NCBI GenBank assembly: GCA_947628895.1
Contig: CANRBS010000002.1
Span: 2,818-66,817, forward strand
DNA length: 64,000 bases
Origin: an uncultured Bacilli bacterium
GTDB lineage: Bacteria > Bacillota_I > Bacilli_A > RF39 > UBA660
Direction of reading: 5' to 3'
The position numbers and the translations under genes were made by a program. Of this stretch, positions 40,702-51,167 are shown one piece after another. Position 1 is the stretch's first letter, and every line of letters starts with the position of its first letter. Below the pieces are notes generated by a model, which was given only the letters and a program-made list of their open reading frames with translations, was not told the DNA's origin and made no database searches.

Positions 40702-42580
40702 TATTATATTCCTTTTTTAAATATACAAGTAACATTGTTATATCAGATGGATTTACTCCACTTATTCTACTTGCTTGACCTATTGTAAGTGGTCTTATTT
40801 TAGATAATTTTTGTCTTGCTTCTGTAGCTATATTTCTAACATTATCATAATTTATATCTTTTGGTATTTGTTTTTCTTCTAATTTTAACATCTTATTAAC
40901 TTCGTTTTCTGTCTTTTTAATATAACCTTCGTATTTAATATTTATTTCTACCATTTCAGCTATTTCTTTATTATAATCATAATTTAAATATTCAAGTAAA
41001 TCTATAATATTAATTTCTGGTCTTTTAATTAATTCTATTAATTTAATTTTAGAATTTATTTTTGATGAATTATATTTTTCTAAAAATTCATTATTTTTAT
41101 CATTTACTTCTAAATAATTATTTTTTAAATATTCTTCTAAATCATTCATCATTTTTAATTTATTTAAATATATATTATATTTTTCATCATTAATTAAACC
41201 TAATTTTCTTCCATATTCAGTTAATCTAATAGCCGCATTATCATGTCTTAATAATAATCTAAATTCAGCTCTTGATGTAAGAAGTCTATATGGTTCAGTG
41301 ATTCCTTTATTAATTAAATCATCTATTAAAACACCAATATAAGCTTCATTTCTTTTTAATATAAAAGGTTCTTTATTATCAAGTTTTAATACTGCATTTA
41401 TTCCAGCCATTAATCCTTGTGCAGCAGCTTCTTCATATCCACTTGTTCCATTTATTTGACCTGCTGTAAACAAACCACTTATTTTTTTAGTTTCTAAATT
41501 CATATTAAGTTCTGTAGGATCTATTGCATCATATTCAATAGCATATCCATATTTAGTAATTACCGCGGTTTTAAGTCCATCCATAGTATGTATTAATTTT
41601 TCTTGAATTTCATGAGGCATTGTTGTTGAAAAACCACCTACATAATATTCAATATCATCACTTCTTTCAGGTTCTAAAAATATTTGATGTCTATCTTTAT
41701 CATTAAATTTAACTACTTTATCTTCAATAGATGGACAATATCTTGGACCTACACCTTTAATCATTCCACTATAAAGAGAACATTTATCTAAATTATCCAT
41801 AATTATTTTATGTGTTGTCTTATTTGTATAAGTTAAATAACATGGTCTTTGATTATTAACATCATAAATTGGTTCATAGAAGTTACTAAATGATAATGGT
41901 TCTTTGTCCCCTTCTTCAATAGTTACTTCATCAAAATTTATAGAACTTTTTAATATTCTAGGTGGTGTTCCAGTTTTTAATCTAATTATTTTAAGACCAT
42001 TTTCTTCTAATGATTTACTCAAAAACATAGAATTTTTTTCTCCATGAGGTCCACCTTTATAACTTTCATGACCACATAATATATCTGAATTAAGATAAGT
42101 TCCAGTAGTTAGTATTGCACATTTACATTCAATAGATTTACCACTTTCAGTAGTAATACCTTTTATTTCATTATTTTCTACTATTAATGATTTTGCAAAG
42201 TCTTCTAGTAATTCTAAATTTTCTTGATTTTGTAGAGTTTTCAACATTTCTTTTGGATAATTAACTTTGCAACCTTGAGCTCTTAATGATCTTACCCCTG
42301 GTCCTTTTTTTACATTTAACATTTTTATTTGTAATAATGTTTTATCAGTATTATAGCCCATTTCTCCACCAAGAGCATCTATTTCTCTTACTACAATTCC
42401 TTTAGCAGAACCACCTATTGATGGATTACAAGGCATATCAGCTACATTTTTAAAATTACCTGTTATAAGTAATGTTTTTTTACCCATTCTAGCAGAAGCA
42501 AGACTTGCTTCACATCCAGCATGTCCACCACCTACAACTATAATATCAAATTTCATAAAATCATCTACTTTCCAAGACAA
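40694..42580 (-). CDS. mnmG: tRNA uridine 5-carboxymethylaminomethyl modification enzyme MnmG
   Basis: FAD motif VVGGGHAGCEA; full-length GidA. Confidence 0.95.
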   Translation of the reverse strand: MSWKVDDFMKFDIIVVGGGHAGCEASLASARMGKKTLLITGNFKNVADMPCNPSIGGSAKGIVVREIDALGGEMGYNTDKTLLQIKMLNVKKGPGVRSLRAQGCKVNYPKEMLKTLQNQENLELLEDFAKSLIVENNEIKGITTESGKSIECKCAILTTGTYLNSDILCGHESYKGGPHGEKNSMFLSKSLEENGLKIIRLKTGTPPRILKSSINFDEVTIEEGDKEPLSFSNFYEPIYDVNNQRPCYLTYTNKTTHKIIMDNLDKCSLYSGMIKGVGPRYCPSIEDKVVKFNDKDRHQIFLEPERSDDIEYYVGGFSTTMPHEIQEKLIHTMDGLKTAVITKYGYAIEYDAIDPTELNMNLETKKISGLFTAGQINGTSGYEEAAAQGLMAGINAVLKLDNKEPFILKRNEAYIGVLIDDLINKGITEPYRLLTSRAEFRLLLRHDNAAIRLTEYGRKLGLINDEKYNIYLNKLKMMNDLEEYLKNNYLEVNDKNNEFLEKYNSSKINSKIKLIELIKRPEINIIDLLEYLNYDYNKEIAEMVEINIKYEGYIKKTENEVNKMLKLEEKQIPKDINYDNVRNIATEARQKLSKIRPLTIGQASRISGVNPSDITMLLVYLKKEYNND

Positions 42581-43914
42581 AATTTACTGAATATTTCATC
42601 CAATAATTCTTCTTTATACACACTACCAGTTATTTCACCTAATGTTTCCCATAATTCTTTAATATTAATTTCTATTAAATCTACAGGTATTTCATTTTTA
42701 ATTTCTTCATCTATTTTATAAGTTATTTCTAAACATTTTTTTAACAATGATATTTGTCTAGCATTAGAAATATAAGTAAAATCACTATTTGCTATATCAT
42801 CTAATTTTAATATTTCAATAATTTTTTTCTTTAATAATTCTATTTTATTTTCATCTTTACTAGATATTTCTATACTATCAAAACTATCTAATTCTTTTAT
42901 TTTTGTATTTGCTAAATCTATTTTATTATAAACAACTAATACTTTTTTATTTTTAATAGCAGATAATACTTTTTTATCTTCATCTTCAAAATTGCTTGAT
43001 GAATCTATTACAAATAATATTAAATTAGAATCTTCTATTTTTTTAATACTTTTTTCTATACCAATAGACTCTACTAATTCACTAGTTTCTCTAATTCCAG
43101 CTGTATCATATAAATTTACAAGTATTCCATTTAATGTAAGACTTCCTTCTACTATGTCTCTTGTAGTACCTTTAATATTTGTTACTATTGCTTTATCTTC
43201 ACCAAGTAAACTATTTAAAATACTACTTTTACCTACATTTGGTTTACCTACTATTGATATATTTATTCCATTTTTAATGATTAATCCATTGTCACTTGTA
43301 TCAACTAATTCTTTTATTTTAGATTGTATATATGACATTTTTTCTTTTATTATTTTTCTTGTTACAACTACTGCATCTTCATATTCAGGATAATCTATAT
43401 TTACTTCTATATTTGCTATTATTGGTAAAATATTATCTTTTAAATCATTTATTTTTTTAGATAATTCCCTACTTATTCCTTTCATAGACATTTTTCTTGC
43501 AGCTTCAGTACTTGATGAAATCATATCATTTATACTTTCTGCTTGTATTAAATCTATTTTTCCATTCAAAAATCTTCTTTTAATGAATTCTCCAGGTTCT
43601 GCTAGTCTTGCTCCATTATTTAGTAATAATTCCATTATTTTATTGGCAGCTGTTTTTCCACCATGAGTATTTATTTCAACAATATCTTCACCTGTAAATG
43701 TTTTAGGACTTTTAAATACAGATACTAATACTTCGTCTATTTTTTCATCTTTATCCATAATAAAACCATAAGTTATTGTATGAGTTTCTTTTTTAGTTAA
43801 ATCTCTATCAAATAACTTATTAACTATATTTATAGATTCACTACCACTTATTCTTATTATATTAATAGAACTTTCACCTACTAAAGTTCCAATAGCACAT
43901 ATTGTATCTTCCAT
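42565..43914 (-). CDS. mnmE: tRNA modification GTPase MnmE
   Basis: G domain GKPNVGKSS and DTAGIR; C-terminal CLGK. Start placed at MEDTICAIGT (RBS AAAGGGA) rather than the longer ORF. Confidence 0.9.
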   Translation of the reverse strand: MEDTICAIGTLVGESSINIIRISGSESINIVNKLFDRDLTKKETHTITYGFIMDKDEKIDEVLVSVFKSPKTFTGEDIVEINTHGGKTAANKIMELLLNNGARLAEPGEFIKRRFLNGKIDLIQAESINDMISSSTEAARKMSMKGISRELSKKINDLKDNILPIIANIEVNIDYPEYEDAVVVTRKIIKEKMSYIQSKIKELVDTSDNGLIIKNGINISIVGKPNVGKSSILNSLLGEDKAIVTNIKGTTRDIVEGSLTLNGILVNLYDTAGIRETSELVESIGIEKSIKKIEDSNLILFVIDSSSNFEDEDKKVLSAIKNKKVLVVYNKIDLANTKIKELDSFDSIEISSKDENKIELLKKKIIEILKLDDIANSDFTYISNARQISLLKKCLEITYKIDEEIKNEIPVDLIEINIKELWETLGEITGSVYKEELLDEIFSKFCLGK

Positions 43915-44010
43915 AAATAGTCCCTTTCTTTCCACAAGATTATAGCACAAAAGCTATATGTTGTAAACAAAAAATCTCTCATTTTTATTGAGAGATTAAT
44001 AATATATTAT

Positions 44011-44634
44011 TTATTTTTCTTCTTTTTGTTCAGTATATTTAACAACAATACATCTATTAGGTTCTTCACCTTCACTTTCAGTTGTTATATATTTAAAACC
44101 TTGTAATGCTGTGTGAACTTGTCTTCTTGTGTATGCATCCATTGGATCTAATTTAACTGGTATTTTTGTTAATGTAACTTCTCTTGCTATTTTTTTAACT
44201 TTCTTTTCTAGAAAATAAGTTTGTTTTTCTTTATATCTTTCAACATCAACACTAACATTAACAAATAAATCTACTGCATTATATATTGCTTGTCTTACAT
44301 ATATTTGTAATGAATCTAATATATGTCCATTTTTACCAATTAATAATGAATTATTTTTAGAGAATATTTCATATTTAATCTGTCCTTCTCTTATTTTTGT
44401 TTCAATATTAGCCTCTATTCCTAATGATACTAATAATTCTTTTAATATTTCTTTTCCTAAATCAGCAATATCACTTAGTTTTACTACTTCTATAGTATAT
44501 TTTTTACCGCTAAATAATCCACCTTTTTCTTCATATAATCTTGTTATAACATCTTCTTCTTTTACCTTTAATTCATCTAGTGCTTTTTGTAAAAGTCCAT
44601 CTTCACTTTTTGCTTGAAATTTATACTTCTCCAT
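44011..44634 (-). CDS. jag: Jag/KhpB RNA-binding protein (Jag_N, KH, R3H)
   Basis: Conserved position after yidC. C-terminal R3H-like block (RRQVHTALQGF...TESEGEEPNRCIVV). Confidence 0.85.
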   Translation of the reverse strand: MEKYKFQAKSEDGLLQKALDELKVKEEDVITRLYEEKGGLFSGKKYTIEVVKLSDIADLGKEILKELLVSLGIEANIETKIREGQIKYEIFSKNNSLLIGKNGHILDSLQIYVRQAIYNAVDLFVNVSVDVERYKEKQTYFLEKKVKKIAREVTLTKIPVKLDPMDAYTRRQVHTALQGFKYITTESEGEEPNRCIVVKYTEQKEEK

Positions 44635-44637
44635 ATT

Positions 44638-45552
44638 TTACAACTTACCTTTCTTTAATATTAAATTTTGAACCACTGTAAATCCATTAGATACTATCCA
44701 ATATAATGCAATTGATGTTGGTAATGAAAATGAAGCTATCATAATGAATACTATCATAAATGTTGACATCATTTTCATTTGTTGTGCTTGTTCTGAATTA
44801 GCGGCTGCATTCATATTTTTAAATGAGAAATATGTTGCTGCTAAAATTAATAATATTAATATAATATACCAATAATTACCTGCTTTAAATCCTTCTAATG
44901 GTGTTGTTCCTAAATTAAATACTAGAAAATCATTTTCAAAAAATGCTGGTACTCTATAAACTGCTTCTAAAAATCCAAAGAATAATGGTAATTGTAAAAA
45001 TGCAAATAAACAACTAGACATTGGATTAATATTATATTTTTTATAAATTAATAACATTTCCTGACTTTTTGCCATCATAGCATCTTTATCTTCTCTACCA
45101 CGATATTTTTTTTCTAACTTATCTAAATCTTTTTGTGCTTTTTGTAAATTATCATTCATGTTAGTAGATTTTTTAGAAATTGGTAGTAATAAAAGTCTTA
45201 ATAATAATCCAACAATCATAATAGCAAGTCCATTATTTTTAACAATTAATCCAACTTTTACTATAATCCATGCTAATGGTTTTACAAATAATGAAGTCCA
45301 TAATCCTTCATACCCACCTGAATTAATTTTTAAATTTTTACATTCTGGTAGTTTTTCATAATCTACAATTAATTTATCAGGATTCTCACTATAAATTTTT
45401 TGTAAATCTTTACTTTCTGGCTTACATAATATATTAGAAACATAAGATTTTTGTACTTTTTCATCTTTATTTTCTACAGTTATATTAAATCTTTTAGTAC
45501 ATCCACTTAATGTTAATAATATTAGTAGCACTAATAATATTTTTTTCTTCAT
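44638..45552 (-). CDS. yidC: Membrane protein insertase YidC/SpoIIIJ
   Basis: Lipoprotein signal LSGC, YidC/Oxa1 core TM helices; sits between rnpA and jag. Confidence 0.9.
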   Translation of the reverse strand: MKKKILLVLLILLTLSGCTKRFNITVENKDEKVQKSYVSNILCKPESKDLQKIYSENPDKLIVDYEKLPECKNLKINSGGYEGLWTSLFVKPLAWIIVKVGLIVKNNGLAIMIVGLLLRLLLLPISKKSTNMNDNLQKAQKDLDKLEKKYRGREDKDAMMAKSQEMLLIYKKYNINPMSSCLFAFLQLPLFFGFLEAVYRVPAFFENDFLVFNLGTTPLEGFKAGNYWYIILILLILAATYFSFKNMNAAANSEQAQQMKMMSTFMIVFIMIASFSLPTSIALYWIVSNGFTVVQNLILKKGKL

Positions 45553-45873
45553 CTATTTTTCTCCTTTTAATGCAAATAATATTTCTTTTTCTATTTCTTT
45601 ATAATCTATATCTAAAATTGCATTCCTTAATATTATAACATAATCATAACTATCATTAATACTATTTTTCATTAATATATCTTTGATCCTTCTTTTGTAT
45701 AAATTTCTAGTATGAGCTTTTCCAATTTTTTTACTGACACTTATACAATACCTATTAAATCCTAATTTATTAGATAAATAGTATATAACAAAATATTTAT
45801 TAACAATTTTATGTGATTGTTTTATTATACTCTGTATTTCTTCATTTTTCCTTATTATATATTTTTTGTTCAT
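45553..45873 (-). CDS. rnpA: RNase P protein component
   Basis: Basic 106 aa protein (KAHTRNLYKRRIKD) immediately downstream of rpmH. Confidence 0.85.
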   Translation of the reverse strand: MNKKYIIRKNEEIQSIIKQSHKIVNKYFVIYYLSNKLGFNRYCISVSKKIGKAHTRNLYKRRIKDILMKNSINDSYDYVIILRNAILDIDYKEIEKEILFALKGEK

Positions 45874-45898
45874 ATGTCACCTAATAACAATATTATAT

Positions 45899-45927
45899 AA
45901 AAAAAATTACTTAATTGAAAGTAATTT
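45899..45927 (-). terminator. Hairpin/attenuator between rpmH and rnpA
   Basis: AAATTACTT / AAGTAATTT 9 bp stem (45904-45912 / 45919-45927) with a 6 nt loop, followed by a T-run on the reverse strand. Confidence 0.55.
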
Positions 45928-45929
45928 AT

Positions 45930-46052
45930 TTATTTTGCTAATTCTTTTCTTCCTTTTGCTCTTCTTGATTTTAATACATTAGTTCCTTTTCTTGCTAAAA
46001 AACCAGAAGTTTTACTTTTCTTTCTATTATTTGGTTGAAATGTTCTTTTCAT
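45930..46052 (-). CDS. rpmH: 50S ribosomal protein L34 (short, 40 aa)
   Basis: Below the ORF-track size cutoff. Reverse strand encodes [40 protein letters not shown]. Confidence 0.9.
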   Translation of the reverse strand: MKRTFQPNNRKKSKTSGFLARKGTNVLKSRRAKGRKELAK

Positions 46053-46314
46053 TAATTATAACCTCCATTTCTTCTTTGACTGACATAGATTATATAATAT
46101 GAAATTTTAAAAGTCAACCTTTTTATAGGAAATTAGGGAAAAGTAAGTTTAATTTTAACACCAAATATATTATTATTTATTTTTATTTTTTAATTTATAG
46201 ATTATTAGTATAAATATTTTAATATTTAAAATTTAATTTATATTATGTAAACTTCTAATTTTAATATAATATTATGTTAAGTTATTAACACTATATTAAC
46301 AAAATTATGTTAAC

Positions 46315-46379
46315 TTATACACAATTTATCAACATAGGTAGTAAACATAATGTTTAAAAATTGTTGATATTGTTGATAA
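46315..46379. promoter_or_regulatory. oriC part 1: DnaA-box cluster upstream of dnaA
   Basis: TTATACACA (46315-46323), TTATCAACA (46326-46334), TGTTGATAT (46362-46370), TGTTGATAA (46371-46379). Each is one or two mismatches from TTATCCACA. Extremely AT-rich flank at 46140-46300. Confidence 0.75.
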
Positions 46380-46551
46380 CTTAATTTTTTATTTGATTTT
46401 AAAAGAAAAAATTGTTTACAAAAAGTTAAAAAATTGTTAGTATAAATGTTAATTAAAAAAATTATTTTGCATTTTTTTTTAGATGTTTTATAATTTTATT
46501 AGAAGGAATAAAAGTCGGTTGATTAATAAGTTATAGAAAGGATAGATAAAT

Positions 46552-47946
46552 ATGAATACAGAAGATATTTGGAATAGTTTTTTATCTAAAATAAAATCAA
46601 AAGTATCCTTAATGACTTATAACTATGTTTTTAGTGATATGAAGTTATATTCATATGATAATAGTTCTATAAAAATTATTATTCCTGATAATGAATTACT
46701 CTTACAAAATATTAATAAAAATTATGGAACTATTATTGAAGATATATTAAATGATATAACTAATGATACATGTGAAATTGAATATGTATTTGCTAAAGAT
46801 ATAGCTTCTTTAGAATCTAATAAGAAGAAATTAACGGAAATAAAAGAAGAAAATGATGATCTTATAGACAACGATTTATCAAATTACAAATATAATAGTA
46901 ATTTTAATCCAAAGTACACATTTGATACATTTGTTGTAGGGGAAGCAAATAAACTTGCATATGGCACGGCACTTGCAGTAGCACAAAATCCTGGAAAACT
47001 ATATAATCCTTATTTCTTATATGCTAAAAGTGGTCTTGGAAAAACACATTTAATGCATGCAATAGGTAATTATATTGTTACTCACAGTGATAAAAAAGTT
47101 TTATATATAACTGCAGAACAATTTACTAATGATTATAGAGCTATTATTAATAATAAGAATAAAAATGGTAATAACATTTCATATTTAGAAGCATTTAGAG
47201 ATAAATATAGAAATGTAGATGTATTAATGATTGATGATATACAATTCCTTGAAAGTAAAACAAAAACACAAATAGAATTTACAAATACATTTAATTCACT
47301 TCATGATAATGATAAACAAATAATAATTGCATCAGACACATCAATAAATGATTATAAATATTTAGAAGATAGACTTAAAACTAGATTTAGATGGGGACTT
47401 ACTGAATCAATAAATCCACCTGAATTTGAATTAAAGAGAAATATAATTAAAAATAAAATAATGGTTAACAACTTTGATTTAACTCTTAGTGAAGAAATAA
47501 TTGATTATATTGCTAATAATTGTGGAAGTGATATAAGAAATCTTGAAAATGCAGTACTGAGAATTGTAGCATATAAAGCAGCATTTAATATTCCAGAAAT
47601 AACTATGGATATTGCACAAGATGCACTTCAAGAATATGTTAACACTCCTATATATAGAGTTAATTCAGTAGCTAAAATTATTGATGTCGTTGCTAAATAC
47701 TTTGGTATTGATTCATCAATGATAAAGGGTAAGATGAAGAAAAAGAATATAGCTGATGCTAGAGCTATCACAATGTACCTGTGCAGAATACTTACTGAAG
47801 AAAGCTTAGAAAGAATAGGACTTGAAATAGGAGGAAGGGATCATTCAACAGTTATCTATTCTTATGAAAAAATATCAAATGAATTAAAAACAAATATTAA
47901 ACTTCAAGAAGAAATAAAAATATTAAAAGATAAACTTAGTGAATAA
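46552..47946 (+). CDS. dnaA: Chromosomal replication initiator DnaA
   Basis: AAA+ Walker A GKSGLGKTHL; C-terminal DNA-binding signature (RDHSTVIYSYEKI). Confidence 0.97.
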   Translation: MNTEDIWNSFLSKIKSKVSLMTYNYVFSDMKLYSYDNSSIKIIIPDNELLLQNINKNYGTIIEDILNDITNDTCEIEYVFAKDIASLESNKKKLTEIKEENDDLIDNDLSNYKYNSNFNPKYTFDTFVVGEANKLAYGTALAVAQNPGKLYNPYFLYAKSGLGKTHLMHAIGNYIVTHSDKKVLYITAEQFTNDYRAIINNKNKNGNNISYLEAFRDKYRNVDVLMIDDIQFLESKTKTQIEFTNTFNSLHDNDKQIIIASDTSINDYKYLEDRLKTRFRWGLTESINPPEFELKRNIIKNKIMVNNFDLTLSEEIIDYIANNCGSDIRNLENAVLRIVAYKAAFNIPEITMDIAQDALQEYVNTPIYRVNSVAKIIDVVAKYFGIDSSMIKGKMKKKNIADARAITMYLCRILTEESLERIGLEIGGRDHSTVIYSYEKISNELKTNIKLQEEIKILKDKLSE

Positions 47947-47955
47947 CTTGTAAGT

Positions 47956-48027
47956 TTATCAACAATAATATAACGATAAAAATATGAATAATTAAGGAAT
48001 TACTTAACTTAACATAAGTTATCAACA
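47956..48027. promoter_or_regulatory. oriC part 2: DnaA boxes in the dnaA-dnaN spacer
   Basis: TTATCAACA at 47956-47964 and 48019-48027, followed by a very AT-rich stretch before dnaN. Confidence 0.65.
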
Positions 48028-48085
48028 ATATTAACAGTCTATAATAATATTAATAATTAATAAAAATTAAAAAGGAGGTTTTATT

Positions 48086-49204
48086 ATGAAATTGTTAATT
48101 GAAAAAAATATTTTAATGGAAGGATTAAATTCAGTTAGTAAAGCATTATCTACTAGAAATATTATTCCAGTACTTAATGGTATTAAATTTGAACTTAATA
48201 AAGATGGTCTATATTTAACAGCTACTGATAATGAAATAACTATTCAAACTTTTATAGAAAAAAGTAATATAAAAAATATAGAAGAAGAAGGATGCTCAGT
48301 AATATATGGTAAATCATTATTAGATATTATTAGAAGACTTCCTGAAAGTGATATACTAATAGAAAATTTTGAAAATAATGAGGTGTCTTTTAAAACTAAT
48401 AATTCAATATATAATTTTAATTGTTTTATGGTTGAAGATTTTCCGAATGTATCATTAGATGAAAGTAAAAATCCAATAAAGTTAGATAGTTTAAAATTTA
48501 AAGAAGTTATTAACAAAACATCATTTGCTTGTTCACTTCAAGAAAGTAGACCACTTTTAACTGGAGTTAATATAAAAGTTCAAGGTGATCTATTTGAATG
48601 CACTGCAACTGACTCATATAGACTTTCTAAAGTTACTTTAAAATTAGATAAGATGTATAATGAAAATATAAATGTTGTTATACCAGCTAGAAATATAAAT
48701 GAATTTGTTAAAATAATAGATAATGGTGAAGAAATGCAAATGCATGTATTTAGTAATAAGATAATATTCAGATTAAATAATTTAGTATTTCAATCATCTT
48801 TATTGAATGGAAATTATCCTAATACAGATAATTCAATAGCAAAAGAATTCAAATATATTATTAAAGCTGATTTAAAAGAATTATATAATACTTTAGATAG
48901 AGCATCATTACTTACACAATCTAAAGATAAGAATATTGTTGGATTAGAAATTAATGAAAATGATTTTATTATAAGAGCATCAAGTGTAGAAATGGGAAAA
49001 GTTGAAGAAAAATTAACTGTTGAAAATGAAACAAATAATAATATAAAAATATCATTTAGTGCTAAATATATGTTAGAAGCTCTAAAAATGTTCAATAAAG
49101 AATATGTATATATACTTCTAAATGGTGAAATTAATCCTATTATATTAAAAGAAATTGATAATGATGAATTAATCCAATTAATTTTACCTTTTAAAACTTA
49201 TTAA
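48086..49204 (+). CDS. dnaN: DNA polymerase III beta sliding clamp
   Basis: 372 aa three-domain clamp; follows dnaA. Confidence 0.95.
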   Translation: MKLLIEKNILMEGLNSVSKALSTRNIIPVLNGIKFELNKDGLYLTATDNEITIQTFIEKSNIKNIEEEGCSVIYGKSLLDIIRRLPESDILIENFENNEVSFKTNNSIYNFNCFMVEDFPNVSLDESKNPIKLDSLKFKEVINKTSFACSLQESRPLLTGVNIKVQGDLFECTATDSYRLSKVTLKLDKMYNENINVVIPARNINEFVKIIDNGEEMQMHVFSNKIIFRLNNLVFQSSLLNGNYPNTDNSIAKEFKYIIKADLKELYNTLDRASLLTQSKDKNIVGLEINENDFIIRASSVEMGKVEEKLTVENETNNNIKISFSAKYMLEALKMFNKEYVYILLNGEINPIILKEIDNDELIQLILPFKTY

Positions 49205-49208
49205 AAAA

Positions 49209-49230
49209 ACGGGAAATCCTGTTTTTTTTT
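49209..49230 (+). terminator. dnaN terminator
   Basis: CGGGA..TCCTG short stem followed by T9. Confidence 0.5.
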
Positions 49231-49255
49231 ACAATTTTTTAATTTTTTTAATTTT

Positions 49256-49282
49256 TTCGACAAAATTCGACATTTTTCGACA
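49256..49282. repeat. Three direct TTCGACA heptamers at exact 10 bp spacing upstream of the comK-like gene
   Basis: TTCGACA at 49256, 49266 and 49276, one helical turn apart, each flanked by A/T tracts. Confidence 0.8.
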
Positions 49283-49338
49283 AATATATTGTGTTACTAT
49301 AACAAACATTATTAAAAAGAAAGGGGGTCATTAATAGT

Positions 49339-49803
49339 ATGGATTATGAAATCACATATGATACTCAAATAATATTACCAATTGATGAGAATTCTTCAAA
49401 AATCATAGAAAATGATAGTGAATATGTTATTAATAATAGTACATTAAATATCCTAGAACATAGTTGTGAATATTTTGGTAGTTCTTATGAAGGAAGAAAA
49501 GAAGGAACTAAAAAGTTATTAGGTATTACTCATAAATCACCAATCATAGTTGAAGAAAGTAGAAAAATAATATTTTTTCCAACAAGTTCACCAGAAAATA
49601 GTAATTGTATATGGATTAATTTAGAAAAAATAGAAAAATATTATAAAGTAAATTCTAAAAAATCTGCAATATTATTTAAAAATGGTGATGTAATAGAATT
49701 TGATGTTTCTTATGGTTCACTTACTAATCAAATATTAAGAGCAACAAGATTAAAATACATTCTAGAAGAGAGAATGACTAAAAAAGAAGATATTTTATTA
49801 TAA
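49339..49803 (+). CDS. comK: ComK-family competence transcription factor
   Basis: SCEYFGSSYEGRKEGTKKLLGITHKSPIIVEESRKIIFFPTSS parallels B. subtilis ComK SCRFFGSSYAGRKAGTYEVTKISHKPPIMVDPSNQIFLFPTLS. Confidence 0.75.
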   Translation: MDYEITYDTQIILPIDENSSKIIENDSEYVINNSTLNILEHSCEYFGSSYEGRKEGTKKLLGITHKSPIIVEESRKIIFFPTSSPENSNCIWINLEKIEKYYKVNSKKSAILFKNGDVIEFDVSYGSLTNQILRATRLKYILEERMTKKEDILL

Positions 49804-49964
49804 TTATTTTCTAAAAATAAAAAAATTTTTAAAAATTTATTAGATTTATTTCTATTTTATATTTATAAGATTGAAATAAGTCTTTTTATTTAAAAAAATT
49901 AAATTTATTGTTTTTTAATTTTTATAAAAAATATGATATAATACATTTAAAGGTAGTGTTGAGA

Positions 49965-51032
49965 ATGAAGAAAACAAAAGATATTACTTATTATAGAAAT
50001 ATGTTGCATAAAGAAAATATTATTTTATTAATAATATCAGTTATATTTATTATTGTAAATTTTTTATACATATCAAAAGGAATAGAAAAAGCAATACCTA
50101 TATTTTTAAAATCAATTTTGTTTTTAATATTTTCAATATTAATAATATCTAATAAAAAAGAAAATAAAAAATTTATAGGAAATTTAAATATAATAATTAG
50201 TAGTTTAATGATTATAACATCTGTTGATGGTTCTTTATTTAGTGTAATGTATTTTTTATTAGGAATTTTTATAATAATGCATTCCATATTATATTTAAAA
50301 CAATTAAAGCAATCTAGAGAACAAAGTGATAGTGTAAGAATAGAAAGTAAATATAAATATTTACCATTAATTTCTTTTTTTATAACAATTATATTAAGTA
50401 TATTAGGTATTATATTTAATCAACCTTTAATTTTATTAGGAATATCTTGGTGTAGTATTTCAATTTTTATTATAAATATTTTTGAAATAATATTATGTAT
50501 TATATTAAATAGAAAAAATATAAAAACTTCATTGAATTATATACTTTTAGTTATATCAATAATTATTACACTATTAAATATTTTATTTTTAAAAGATGGC
50601 ATAAGACTTTATCAATTAGAAAAGAATTATAATAACAGTGAAGATTATGTTATAGATATTATAGAACAAATAGAGGACGATATTATTTTTAATGCAATGA
50701 ATATTAAAAATCAAAAATTATTTAATATACAACAAGGAAAAAATATAATACAATTAGATGATTACTTAAAAAAGACAAACTATGAGAATTTTAATTTAAA
50801 AAACTTAGAAAAAGAAGGATATAAATGTGTAGGATATTTATCTTTAATTATTAATAATACAGTTAACTATGAAAAATATTCAGAAATAATAAATGATGAA
50901 TATTATTTAAATCTAAATTTTCAATACAATGTTGATAAATATTTTGAAGAGGCAAAGACTTATATTAAATGTAATGGTAAATATAATTATCAAACAAAAA
51001 ATTTTGATGAAAGTAATATAAAATCATATTAA
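49965..51032 (+). CDS. Polytopic membrane protein with soluble C-terminal domain, unknown function
   Basis: About seven TM helices, then an Asn/Lys/Tyr-rich soluble part. Start taken at MKKTKD. Confidence 0.35.
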   Translation: MKKTKDITYYRNMLHKENIILLIISVIFIIVNFLYISKGIEKAIPIFLKSILFLIFSILIISNKKENKKFIGNLNIIISSLMIITSVDGSLFSVMYFLLGIFIIMHSILYLKQLKQSREQSDSVRIESKYKYLPLISFFITIILSILGIIFNQPLILLGISWCSISIFIINIFEIILCIILNRKNIKTSLNYILLVISIIITLLNILFLKDGIRLYQLEKNYNNSEDYVIDIIEQIEDDIIFNAMNIKNQKLFNIQQGKNIIQLDDYLKKTNYENFNLKNLEKEGYKCVGYLSLIINNTVNYEKYSEIINDEYYLNLNFQYNVDKYFEEAKTYIKCNGKYNYQTKNFDESNIKSY

Positions 51033-51167
51033 AAATATAATGTTATTTATTAGAAAAAATATAATTATATCTTTTTTTATGCCTTAAATTATGTTATAAT
51101 TAATACAGTGTGTAGGAGTACCTTAAAAAGCTAAAATTTAAATTTAGGGGGAAAAAGAGGTTTAAAA

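Noticed and set aside
49209-49222. GGGAAATCC after dnaN as an eighth, degenerate NBS
   Set aside because: It shares only the GGGAAAT half, is not palindromic, and is better explained as the dnaN terminator stem.
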